Part shown: piece by piece, positions 41,535 through 53,620 of the stretch | Numbering within the stretch: the stretch's first letter is position 1 | Layout: each line of letters starts with the position of its first letter | From: Octopus vulgaris | Taxonomy: Eukaryota | Length of the DNA: 64,000 nucleotides | NCBI GenBank assembly: GCA_951406725.2 | Contig: OX597815.1 | Coordinates: 112,282,001 to 112,346,000 of the forward strand | Direction: 5' to 3' | Made by a program: the position numbers and the translations under genes | Notes under the pieces: generated by a model | Told to the model about the DNA's origin: nothing | Database searches by the model: none | What the model saw: only the letters and a program-made list of their open reading frames with translations

Positions 41535-42188
41535 AGTAATTTTTATTAACTTTTATAGCTTTAGAATTTTATGAACTGTACCACGGATTTAATTATTATT
41601 TTTCATCTCCATATGTGTTAGCCCTTTTTTTATAAAAAAACTATTAGCCATAATATGTATAATATCGGTACTTATTAATATTAATATATACACTGTTATA
41701 TATTTTGTTTTATATTGTTCTGTTTACCTTCCTTTTTTGTACAAATGTGTATTATATTATATAAGTGTAGCATTATGATGTATAAGTTTTTATATTTTAC
41801 ATTTTTATATTTTTATATTTATATGTATATGATTATATAATATTTTTCACTATTATAACAAATTTAATTTAATTCTCTGAAGAGGCCGTGGGGCATCCTT
41901 GTTAATGCCTCATTTATACCTGCCTTTATGGCTTATAGGTTAAATGAGGTATGACTGTCCTCACTGCCGAAACAGCTGTCAGTTTTGATTTATTTGCATA
42001 TTATATTTGAAATTTTTTACTTATATCTCTTTATCTTTTTACTTTTACTATTACTGTATATCTCATTTCATTTTATATATTGCCTTTACTCATATGTAAT
42101 GGTGTATTAAAGTATGGATTGAGTATCATCGGATAGTTGATGTTTTACTGATTTAAGTATGTTTCTCCATTCTCTAATTTTGTAGTAT
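40633..42188. repeat. ~1.55 kb near-perfect spacerless palindrome, probably an inverted PLE 3' end
   Basis: Centre ...tcaagatcgaaataactat|atagttatttcgatcttga at 41411/41412; arms match out to atactacaaaattagaga / tctctaattttgtagtat. Confidence 0.95.
41871..41986 (+). ncRNA. Hammerhead with an ~85-nt structured stem II (mirror copy at 40834-40953, minus strand)
   Basis: ct CTGAAGA ggc-c-gtgggg...cctcac-t-gcc GAAA cagctg TC ag. Confidence 0.7.
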
Positions 42189-42209
42189 ATATATATATAT
42201 ATATATATA

Positions 42210-42317
42210 GTCAATAATAAAAGGGTAAAATTAATTAATCATTAATTAATAATTTTACCAAGTAGTGTTCAGTATGTAAAATTAATGATTAATTAATTTT
42301 ACCCTTTTATTATTGAC
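42210..42317. repeat. 38-bp perfect inverted repeat next to (TA)n
   Basis: gtcaataataaaagggtaaaattaattaatcattaatt / aattaatgattaattaattttacccttttattattgac. Confidence 0.9.
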
Positions 42318-42533
42318 AATATAATTCTCCCTCCCTGATAATAAACTGCAGATCCTTCTGTAGCGATTTGTTGCTCTGTAACTCACGTGGGTGGACGGGG
42401 AAGAATGCAAAGCCTCATTCGTACTTTTTGAATTCGTTAGTACTGACGGTCGAAGATGATTTGTCTGGGATTACCCATATCAGACGGGTATGCTCGATTT
42501 TTAGTGCTATCAAATTTAAACCTAACGAAATCG

Positions 42534-42592
42534 TCGGCTGATGACGGAAATGTTGATCTCTATATCTAACTAATCCAGAAACGGCGTTCTCA
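42534..42592 (+). ncRNA. Degenerate hammerhead-like motif after a possible PLE ORF terminus (..IKFKP..)
   Basis: CTGATGA cgga..gttgat/atctaac..tcca GAAA cggcg TT. Confidence 0.45.
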
Positions 42593-42765
42593 AGTAATGG
42601 ATGTACGTGTGATCTTTCGTTATTTTTCCCTCTATACCTACGTAAATTATTTTTTAGTATACATTGTCTGAGAGACTTTTCTTATAGTAGAGGAAATAGC
42701 TAAATTTTTTGGCTGCTATTTCTAAAAGTTCGGTGTGTGATAAAGTAAATTTTTTTACTGAACCC

Positions 42766-42842
<77 letters not shown>

Positions 42843-42844
<2 letters not shown>

Positions 42845-42997
42845 GACGGGCTTCTTTCAGTTCCCCGTCTACCAAATCCACTCACATAGCTTTGATCGGC
42901 CCGAAGCTATACAAGAAAACATTTTCCGAAGGTGCCACGTAGTGGGATTTAATCCGGAATCATGTGGTTGGGAAACAAGCGTCTTAACACACAGCCA
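42843..42997 (-). mobile_element. tRNA-derived SINE head and body
   Basis: acgacgggcttctttcagtt...aaggtgccacgtagtggga...acacacagccac. Confidence 0.85.
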
Positions 42998-43817
42998 CTA
43001 CAAAATATATACGTATGTATGTGTTTGCATTTATATATATATATATGTGTGTGAGTGAGTGTGTGCGCGTGTGTGTGTGTATGTGTGTGTGTGTGTGTGC
43101 GTGTTCGAGTATATGTACAAGCAAGTTTACATAGCTTCGTTTGCCTGACACAGTAACTTCTACAAGTCACTGTCTGCAAAGTGTGACATTTATGATATAA
43201 AAGCAGACTAGCTAGTACGGTTTTTGACATATGTTGTATTGTTCTCTCAGAAATAGCTTGCTCTGTACAGCTTGGCAATTAATCATAGTGCATTTGTTAC
43301 TATTGAAATCATATTGAACGAGGTTTAGAAGAACCAGCGACTATCTCACTATTATGATTATATATAAATTGCGATTGTATTTCCTGTAACATTATCCTTT
43401 TCCTGTCTAGCCTTTTCTTTCGCCATTTTCTTTCAACCTTTCATTTATTCATAAGTTCATTCATTCAATCATTCATTTATTCATTGACTTATATGCTTAC
43501 TCTCTCAGTCGTTTATGTATATATTTATTTATATATTTATATATTTATTTATCTAATCTATGATTTATTTAGATATTGGTTGCTTTTTTTTCAGAACTTA
43601 CAAGTTTTATTAGCCGTAGTATACCGTCTTGGCATTTTACAGAATTTGGAAATGAAATAAAATAGGAAGCGACCATGCGGTTGCTGTTCCTGCTAGAATC
43701 AACAGCCAGATTTACTACAAATAGTAATAATATCTCATTAACTTCATTAAGAAAGGGAAGAACATATTAGAAGGACACTTCCTCATTCACTATGTCTAGA
43801 AAGCAGATGACAACGTA

Positions 43818-44184
43818 CTCTTTTCCTCTTTTACTCGTTTCACTCATTTGAGTGTGGCCATGCTGGAGCACCGCCTTTAGTCGAGTAACTCGACCCCAGG
43901 ACTTATTCTTTGTAAGCATAGTACTTATTCTATCAGTTTCTTTGGCCTAACTGCTAAGCGATGTGGGGGGGGGGGGCAAACACACACACACAAGCATATA
44001 CACACGCACATACATTTGTATACATAAATACGACGGGCTTCTTTCAGTTTCCGTCTACCAAATCCACTCTCAACGCTTTAGTCGGCCCGAGGCTATAGTA
44101 GAAGACACTTGCCCAAGGTGCCACGCAGTGGAACTGAACCTGGAACCATGTCGTTGGTAAGGAAGCTACTTACCACACAGCCAC
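43818..44184 (-). mobile_element. tRNA-derived SINE, near full length
   Basis: Same head, body and tail as 39794-40193. Confidence 0.9.
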
Positions 44185-44556
44185 TAATTCAGAAATCTAT
44201 TCGATGAGGTAAGTTTAGTCCATTAAGAACATCAACAACATTGTATCACTGACTGCTCGTCTCTTTTCACCAATTTTCTTTTATTTCTTATCTTTTGCTT
44301 AAGGCTCTCGCACATATTTCTTCTTCACTATTTATATTTCAAGTGTTACCATTAAGTTATTTCTATAATGATTACCTCCCTTCTCATAAGCTCACCTTCA
44401 GAAGCCATGTCTCTGCATATTTCTCACTTTGTCTTATCTCTGATTTTGATTTCGATATTTTAACGTACGTATGATAAAGATAAGTTGCAATGGGATTGTA
44501 TTTTGTGTATAGTGATGTATTAGTGCAGCATTTGGCTGGAATATGAATTTCTGTAT

Positions 44557-44631
<75 letters not shown>

Positions 44632-44935
44632 TACATACATACATACATACATACATACATAAATGTATGTATGTGTGCGTGTGTGTGTTTGTGTATGTGT
44701 AATCATTGTGTAATCATCGATACTTAATATGAATCTTCCACGCCGGCAAAGTTTGAACAGTTCTACGGGATCCGACTGCAGAAGTAGGTTCAATATGTAC
44801 ACTGGTTTTGTCTTAAATGTTGGATGCGCTAACTAACGGCAATCATTTTGCACAGTATACTGATGCTTTTTTCCACAACATGAGCACTAGTGAGAACACT
44901 AATGGTTGTTTGATAGATAGACATATAGATAGATA

Positions 44936-44967
<32 letters not shown>

Positions 44968-45159
44968 ATAGAAAGATAGATAGACAGATACATACCTATA
45001 TACATACATGCATACATACATATATGCATACATACATGCGTAAGATATTAGGAAAGTATTGTGACTATTTCTCTCCCGTTTAGCTATCATACGGAAGTGT
45101 CACTCGTTGCCTCATATATATATGTATGAGGGTGCGTATGTCTGTTTGTATATATATAT

Positions 45160-45353
45160 CACCATGATAGACCGTTAGCCACAACACAGATTTTTTCTCT
45201 CCTTTTTTCTCTCCTTGTTTTTTCTGTGTCCATTTCTGTAGAAGAGCGTAGACTCGAAACGTAAAAGACTTTTTCTATTCCTGAGCGTAAAACTAATACA
45301 TCTGTTTGTTTCGTACACCACCTGTCTTCGTCTTTTGATTTTTCGTAAATTCT

Positions 45354-45357
<4 letters not shown>
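45160..45357 (+). mobile_element. Probable PLE-type 3' terminus with a hammerhead-like motif (45228-45269), ending in (TA)n
   Basis: ttt CTGTAGA a-gag-cgtaga-ctc GAAA cg TA aaa. Confidence 0.5.
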
Positions 45358-45401
<44 letters not shown>

Positions 45402-45429
45402 TAGCAGTGCTTAGCTTTACGGCGTTTGT

Positions 45430-45610
45430 TGATGATGAGGATGATGATGATGATGAGGATGATGGTGGTGATGGTGATGGTGATGGTGATGGTGATGGTG
45501 ATGATGATGATGATGATGATGATGATGCTGATGATTACGACGATGAAAATATGGTGATGATGATGATGATGATGATGATGACGACGACGACGATGATGAT
45601 GATGATGATG

Positions 45611-45659
<49 letters not shown>

Positions 45660-45740
45660 TGATGCTTATGATGATGATGATGATGAGGATGATGATGATG
45701 ATGATGATGATGGTGGTGATGGTGATGGTGATGGTGATGG

Positions 45741-45790
<50 letters not shown>
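45430..45790. repeat. Compound (GAT)/(GGTGAT)/(GAC)/(AAT) repeat
   Basis: Direct inspection. Confidence 0.95.
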
Positions 45791-45791
<1 letters not shown>

Positions 45792-46829
45792 CTATGTTGG
45801 TGAAATTTCCATGAAGGATCCTTGGATCTCAGGTTGAAGACCGGCCTGCTCTCTCACTATTTGTGAGAAATGTTGAAATAAAAATGAATAATGTCATACA
45901 TAATGTCATACAAACATACATACATACATACATGTACATACATACATACATACATACATACATACATACATACATACATACATACATACATGTATGTACA
46001 TACATACATACATACATACATACAGACAAACATACATACCAATGTTCTGGTTTTGAGATACATCATAGGACATTTATTTAACATGAACGATTGTTTGGAG
46101 ATATAACATGGCATGTTATATGAATCTATCAAATTATCTCTTCTGTAACCGAATATTAAATGATATTTATTTCTCACCGAATGGACTACATTTACTTTCT
46201 TGTTCATCCTAACCTTAACGGCAGTGTAAACTGTATGTATGTATGCATGAATGTATGTATGTATATACGTATGTATGTATGTACGTCTGTAAGGACGTAT
46301 ATGACCTTTTAATAACAGCATGCACTCTTGCTCGGGTTTATAATTTATATAAAGTATTAGATTATATTGTACAGTCTATAACCTGATACTTTAAAAGATG
46401 TACTTTTTGTATCCTACGCAAAAAATCTAAGTACTTAGGAGATAGTGGTTTACATATGTGATATGTGATCACTTTTATATATTAATGTACTGTTTAGTAA
46501 AATATAGTCAAATGCATGCCCAGATACGCCTCACACACTGGCTTTCCGTATTGAATCTATGGATTATGTCCGTGCTGCTTGTCAGATATGCCTTATGCAT
46601 ATCTACAGCAAATTGGATGTGTGCAGATGTATCTGAATGCCTACAGATGTAAACACATACATATGAACAGATTACATTTTATCCTCTTTTTGCTTTCTTT
46701 CTCTTTGTGTACATGATTGTGTGTGCGAATATGCGGCTGTATCTACAACTGTGCAGATTTCCTTTTTTCTTGTCAACATTGGGAATACATATAAGTTATT
46801 CATGGTTATGCATATCATTATGAGGTTAC

Positions 46830-46876
46830 TGATGCAGATGATGCTGATGTCGATGACGACGACGATAATAATAATA

Positions 46877-46967
<91 letters not shown>

Positions 46968-47179
46968 TGATGCTTATGATGATGATGATGATGAGGATGA
47001 TGATGATGATGAGGATGATGGTGGTGATGGTGATGGTGATGGTGATGGTGATGGTGATGATGATGATGATGATGATGATGATGCTGATGATGACGACGAT
47101 GATGATGAAGGTGCCGGTGATGGTGATGATGATGATGATGATGATGATGACGACGACGACGATGATGATGATGATGATG

Positions 47180-47225
<46 letters not shown>

Positions 47226-47306
47226 TGATGCTTATGATGATGATGATGATGAGGATGATGATGATGATGATGATGATGGTGGTGATGGTGATGGTGATGG
47301 TGATGG

Positions 47307-47354
<48 letters not shown>

Positions 47355-47440
47355 CGACGATGATGATGAAGGTGCCGGTGATGGTGATGATGATGATGAT
47401 GATGATGATGACGACGACGACGATGATGATGATGATGATG

Positions 47441-47498
<58 letters not shown>

Positions 47499-47515
47499 TG
47501 ATAATAATAATGGCA
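46830..47515. repeat. Higher-order compound trinucleotide array (~260 bp unit, ~2.6 copies)
   Basis: Marker words aaggtgccggtg (47108, 47369) and gatgcttatgat recur periodically. Confidence 0.9.
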
Positions 47516-47798
47516 ATGTAGGTGTCTTAATCTGCTATATTGTCTCCATCGTCGAACTGTTCAGCTTAGATTCTCATTGAAAAAAGTATTGATCGCCGTT
47601 CTCGCTACTTCTGAATATTAACCAATCTAACGCAGGTGGCTTGATTTGATGGTAGAAATAATTCAATGATTTTGCACACAGCTTCCAGTGCAAGTACTCA
47701 CAAATACGCACACAAAGATATATATATATATAAACACATACACAAACATATATACATACATCTATATATATATTTATACATAAATATACACACACACA

Positions 47799-47850
<52 letters not shown>

Positions 47851-48444
47851 TATATCCGTATATAACTACATATATACATATATACATGTATTCATACTTA
47901 CGAATGACAGATTGAAATCTTGTGCAAATACATATCTGTGCGTTTTCTACAAAGATGTAACATCTACGTAACTAATGTAATGCATTTCATGTACGCCTTA
48001 ATCCTGATTAGTTCTGTGCACGTAGAACGGTAAATGTACAACAAAGATAGGTGTGATTGATCGAATAGATATAGATTATAATATATTATTGGAAAAAGGC
48101 TTTGGATTTAGAGAATTCATACAAAATGCCTGTGGTGTATAGATTGAGATTTTACGTTCAAATGTCGCTGAGGTCATTTTCGTTTTTAATTATTTCGGTT
48201 GTCGTTAAATAGCGTACAGGTCAACTTCTATGGTCAACACGCTTAAGGATTGCTTGAATACAAGAAATCCAAAGCATTATTATTTTATTGTTTTCGTTTG
48301 CGTCCACATTTATATTCATAGTCTCAGCGTAACAGATTGGTATACCTTCGGGTGCAAGTATGTTATAGTATTCACACGCACACACACATACACACAAGGA
48401 CACTCATGTTCATATATACATGTATGTATGTTTATAATTATATA

Positions 48445-49860
48445 TGTAGCCCAACTAATTACGGAGAGAGTTAGTTTAGACGAAACGCAGTTTGGATTTG
48501 TGTCATGGAGAAGTACTACTGATGCTCTATTTCTGGTAAGACAGCTGCAAGAGAAATACATAACCAAAGAAATACCTCTGTACTTGGCTTTCATTGACAT
48601 GGAAAAAGCCATTAATAGGTTCCCCGATATCTTCTCTGGTGGTGAATGCGGAAACTAGAGATAGATGGGTGGCTGGTGAGAACTGTACAAGCCATGCCCA
48701 GGGATGCTGTCAGTAAGGTGACGGTTGACAATGAGCATAGTGAAGAACTTCGGGTAGGGTTAGGGGTTTCACCAAGATTCAGTCCTCATCTCCCTCTTAT
48801 GCATCATATTCCTCCAGAAAATAACAGAGGAATTCAAGACAAAATGCTTCTGGGAGCTCCTCTGTGCTGATGACCTGGCTCTAATAGATGAGTCACTATC
48901 AGAACTAGTGAGGTTTCAGATGTGGAAGCAAAGTCTAGAATCGAAGGGCCTTAGAGTCAATGTAGCATAAACCCAAGACTTAGTAAGTGGAAAGGCAGAC
49001 AAATCACACATCCCTTCAGGTAGTTGACCCTATTCGAACTGAAAAAAAGGCGTAGGTAGACGTTCCATAAGATATACCCGGTGTAAGCTATGGATACATG
49101 AGAGGTTCAGCAATATCAAAGGAAGGCTAACTGAGGCGATAGTTTTTCTGTGTGGCGAGTGCACAGGGCAACATATACTGAAAATGTGCAGAAACAGCTT
49201 CCGTCACATGCCAGAGAGAAAAACTAGAAGTAGTTTTTCCGTTACCTAGGTGACCAAGTCGGTAGAGGGGATGGATGCTTTGACAGCGTAGCTGCTAGAA
49301 TAAGAATAGCCTAGGCAAACTTCAGAGAGCTTCTACCTCTACCTATAACAAAAGGCCTCACGTTCAGAGTGAAAGGTAGACTGTATGACCCATGTGTACG
49401 AACAGGCATATTATATGGCAGGGAAACGTGGGCTGTGACTGCTGAGGACATGCCTAAGCTTGCAATAAATGAAGCTAGTATGCTCGATTGGATGTGTGAT
49501 GTCAGTTTGCATACACGACAGAGTGTAAAACCCCTGAGAGAAAAGTTGGGCATAAGAAGCAACAGATGTGTTGTGCAAGAGAGACGACTTCGCTGGTATG
49601 GTCATGTGTTGTGTATGGATAAGGACAGCTGTGTGAAAAATTGTCAAACCCTAGCAGTGGAGGGAGCCTGTGGAAGAGTTAGACCCAGGAAGATCTGGGA
49701 CGAGGTGGTGAAGCACAACCTTCGTAGTTTGGGTCTCACGGAGGCAGTGACAAGCGACCGAAACCTTTGGAGATATGCTATGCTTGAAAAGACTTACTAA
49801 GCCAAGTGAGAACGTAGCTGTGTCCTATGCCGGTGTCGCATAGCCGGCCCATTTAAGAGT
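48445..49860 (+). mobile_element. RTE-clade LINE relic (RT to 3' end)
   Basis: QFGFVSWRSTTDALFLVRQLQEKY, AFIDMEKA, LCADDL, FRYLG, RRLRWYGHV, GRVRPRKIW. Confidence 0.9.
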
Positions 49861-49954
49861 ACCAAGCGTTAGACAAATATATATGTTTGTTGTTTACATA
49901 TCCGTACTCATCTTTTGTGTTTTTATAATTTCTCACTATATATATGTATATACC

Positions 49955-49990
<36 letters not shown>

Positions 49991-50120
49991 CGGTTTGATG
50001 CATACATACATACATACATATATTTTACACACACACACATCACATATCCACACACACATATATATATATGTACTTATAAAACATATATATCTGTACATAT
50101 ATAGTATATACATACATACA

Positions 50121-50166
<46 letters not shown>

Positions 50167-50293
50167 TGTGTGTGTGTGTGTATGTGTTTATATATATATA
50201 TATATATATATAATAATAAATATTAGGGAATAAATCCAAATTTACAGGGAAAAATCAGATTTAGGATTAAATCCAATTTTATAGTAAAATATT

Positions 50294-50458
50294 ATATAAT
50301 ATAATTCGAGACAAAACCACTATTTTGCAAAACAAACAAGGAAAGACTTAATCAATACATAAACATTTTTTTATAAAAATTTTTAATATAAATTTTTATG
50401 TATTGATTAAGTCTTTCCTTGTTTGTTTTGCAAAATAGTGGTTTTGTCTCGAATTATA

Positions 50459-50464
<6 letters not shown>
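50294..50464. repeat. 70-bp inverted repeat between (TA)n tracts; related to the end at 38030-38100
   Basis: attcgagacaaaaccactattttgcaaaacaaacaaggaaagacttaatcaatacataaa and its reverse complement. Confidence 0.9.
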
Positions 50465-50502
<38 letters not shown>

Positions 50503-50689
50503 TTTCCCTACTCGTATTTGGTGATTTTGCCATGGCTCGAATTTACCGGTATTTTCACGTAAACGCTGTGCATAGCATTTGAATTCAGAACTTGATTGTG
50601 TAGATAGGGATCGAAACAATTCTATTGACGGTCGGAATTCATGCTATCACCAAGGTTAAGCCTTGTTTGATTTCTATCTATAGGAATAT

Positions 50690-50751
50690 TTCCCCTGACG
50701 AGACGAATAGATCCCTTAAGGGGACCCTAACGTCGAAATTGCAATATGGAA
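50690..50751 (+). ncRNA. Type I hammerhead motif with an extended stem II
   Basis: ttcc-c CTGACGA gacg..tccc-ttaag-ggga..cgtc GAAA ttgcaa TA t-ggaa. Confidence 0.75.
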
Positions 50752-51040
50752 TTAACCAGTTATGTCCATGTTGTGGATTCTATTTGCCATGTCACCCGAA
50801 GAGAGTTTTTTATCACGAGGAAAAATAATATGAGGAATATCATGACTTTATAGCGGTTTTGGCTGGTATTTTTAAAATGTAAGGGCTTTTTAACCCTCTT
50901 AGTTCATAATTATAAACGCTTTTCTTCTTTGTATTTTATGGTAAACATATTTGGCCATTGATATATTCATCGATATATTCATAAATAATCTTAATTATTT
51001 ATAATATATCCTCCGGAATCTTTTTACATTACTCTATACT

Positions 51041-51092
<52 letters not shown>

Positions 51093-52973
51093 CGTCATTA
51101 TAGGCCTGGTTTTGGAGTGATAATTATCCTTCATATATTGTAAATAAAACGTAACGTAATCGTATTCCACTTTCTCATAATTCGATATAGTACCCTATGC
51201 AGTATGTAAAATCCACGCCACTATCATATTCATATTTCGACTTTAATTGGACTTTTCTCCTTTAAGCAGTTCACAGTAATATACAAGCACATTTAGAGAT
51301 ATATCATACCTACACACTCATATACTTACACATATTTTGTGTGTGTGCGTTTGTGTGCGCACGTGCGCGTCTTCATATTTGTGGGTGGGTGTGGGTGTGT
51401 GTGTGAATTCGTCAGGTAATTCGTATTTCTACACTAAATTGGGATCTTGAGCATTTTGCAAGTTGGATTCCTTACGGTAACTTGTAGTTTTCTTTCGAGC
51501 GTAAGAAACTACTGGATATCATAGCATTAAGCAAATAGAGCTTATTTATAATGAAGGACAGTGGTGGGTTCGCAGATGGAGGCAAGTTAAAAACAATTAT
51601 TGAGCAATAGTAGTGCCTGAGGTAATACGTTATCGACTTTAGTTCCGCTTCTGTAGATTCTCAGCACAAAACTTGCCAGGGTGTTTTACATTTATTCGGG
51701 GTTGATAAAAGAGAAAATACCAGATAAGAATAGCAGGAATGAGTCACCTAATCTATTCCTTTTAACTTCGGGATTGTTGACTAAGTTTCAAAGTATATAT
51801 GGTATCCATTCCATATGCATTCTGTGATTTGAACTCTAATTTAAAGATTTCTTCTCGATCTACTATCAATTAATGACACTATCTAAAAATTATATTTTTA
51901 CATTGGAATTATTTATTTTATCAATTACATTATCTATCTCAATAGCAACTCGCTACTCAACAAACCCGACCACAAACCACACACACTCATACTCTTGAGC
52001 CAAAAACACACACATTAAGATATATATAATTACATACAATTATAAACGTATTGTGACCCCTTTTCACCATTCATCATATTAAAATTTCCACTTCAATTCA
52101 AATCTCCCTATATTTTTTCGCATACCACTCCCCCTCAAACAACCCTATTTCTCTCTATTTCCTATTCTATGCATCGTTTAGTGCCCATCTCATATCAATT
52201 CTGAGAGGTTTAACATTCAATAGGAAACTGTTGTCAATAGCTACCGATTGTAAGGAAACACTTCAACTTACAATTTAATCAAATACACTTTTGTGTCATC
52301 ACAATGCTTAACCTAATTGACTCCATCACATTCTACGGTCACGACGACACACATACACACACATACACAAACTATTGTGCGAGAGTACGATGGCACCTGG
52401 CGAGAAAGGATTGGACCACTATATATAAATAGTAGCGGTCTGAGTTAGTGATGTAGTTGATGCTAGTTCTGTCGTGTTGATTGCTGTTGAATTGTTGTCT
52501 TTATGTGGAACACGTGTGTTTTGCCGCCTTGCAGCGGTATTGTTCGACATCCCTCTTTTTGATGGGGGAACGTCGTAGATTCGTGCCTTCGTAATAGAAT
52601 AAGATGGTTTGAGTTCTTCTTCAAAAGACTTTACGTCGTCTGAGGAAGAGTTGGTGAAAAGTCAGAAGAGAATAGACGAAACAAATGGAGGTGAAGAATT
52701 ATGCAGAGTCGGTGAAAGAGAAAAGTCTAGACGTGTGTCTGTGTGAGTTGTGTAGACTGAAAAAAATGCTTAAAAGGGAGGGGAATGACGTAAAAGTGTC
52801 CACCTCCTAAAGAAATTAAAAAAAAAAAAAAAAGGTAAAAAACATTATCTACAGGACGTACTCAGCAGCAACAAGGAAAATCCAAATCATGTCGAACGCT
52901 CAAATCGAAAAGGCACTAAAACTACTGTGGCAAGAGATTTCTATCCCTTGCCAGAGGAAGAAAGTTTGGAACG

Positions 52974-53603
52974 ATGGAGGTGAAGTTCCGGAAGGTAGAT
53001 ACCGCTAGACTGCACTCCGCAACAACCATAAAAAGGGCTGAAGTGGTGCTTCTACCCATATACCTTGTGAGACGTGCTTCTACGGTTAGGGTAGAAGATA
53101 TACCCCCAGAAATTGATATAGCCTGGCTAGCAGCTGTCATCCTGCTGGGCACGGAAGGGATGGTAGTGGTCCTCCAGGCCACCAGAACACCCCATAAGAA
53201 ACGGGTAGGGCAGAGCCTTTATATGATAATACAGGTGGCCCTGAAAGACCTTGAAAACATGGTCGAGACCATCACGGTCGAAGAGGTGAGAACCTGGGTC
53301 AGAGAAGATGGCAGGATCCCACGATGCTATAAATGTAGCCTAAAAGGCCACATTAGAGCGTACTGTTCTCCACCACTCGTCAAGACTAAAGAGAAACCCG
53401 AAAGCAAGAAGAAAAGCACGACTTCACCACCGACGAAAACCAGTACCAGCGCCGTGGAGGAGGAAGTGAACGAGAAAAAGAACGGATGGGAAGCGGGTGG
53501 AAAAAATAGAAAGAGAAGGAAAAAAGCATACTTTGTAAATGATGACACTCATGCCCCAACCTTCCCCTACAGACACCGTCCCTCTCAACACAAAAAGTTC
53601 TAA
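52974..53603 (+). pseudogene. Gag/ORF1-like protein fragment with a CCHC zinc knuckle
   Basis: RCYKCSLKGHIRAYC followed by a K/E/S/T-rich tail. Confidence 0.65.
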
Positions 53604-53620
53604 GGTGTTTTCAGCGGAGA

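Noticed and set aside
44392-44552. Possible minus-strand exon (cag...aag|gtgag); similar weak candidates near 37540-37680 and 60970-61112
   Set aside because: Splice-like words only, with no recognisable protein or consistent gene model; would need RNA-seq
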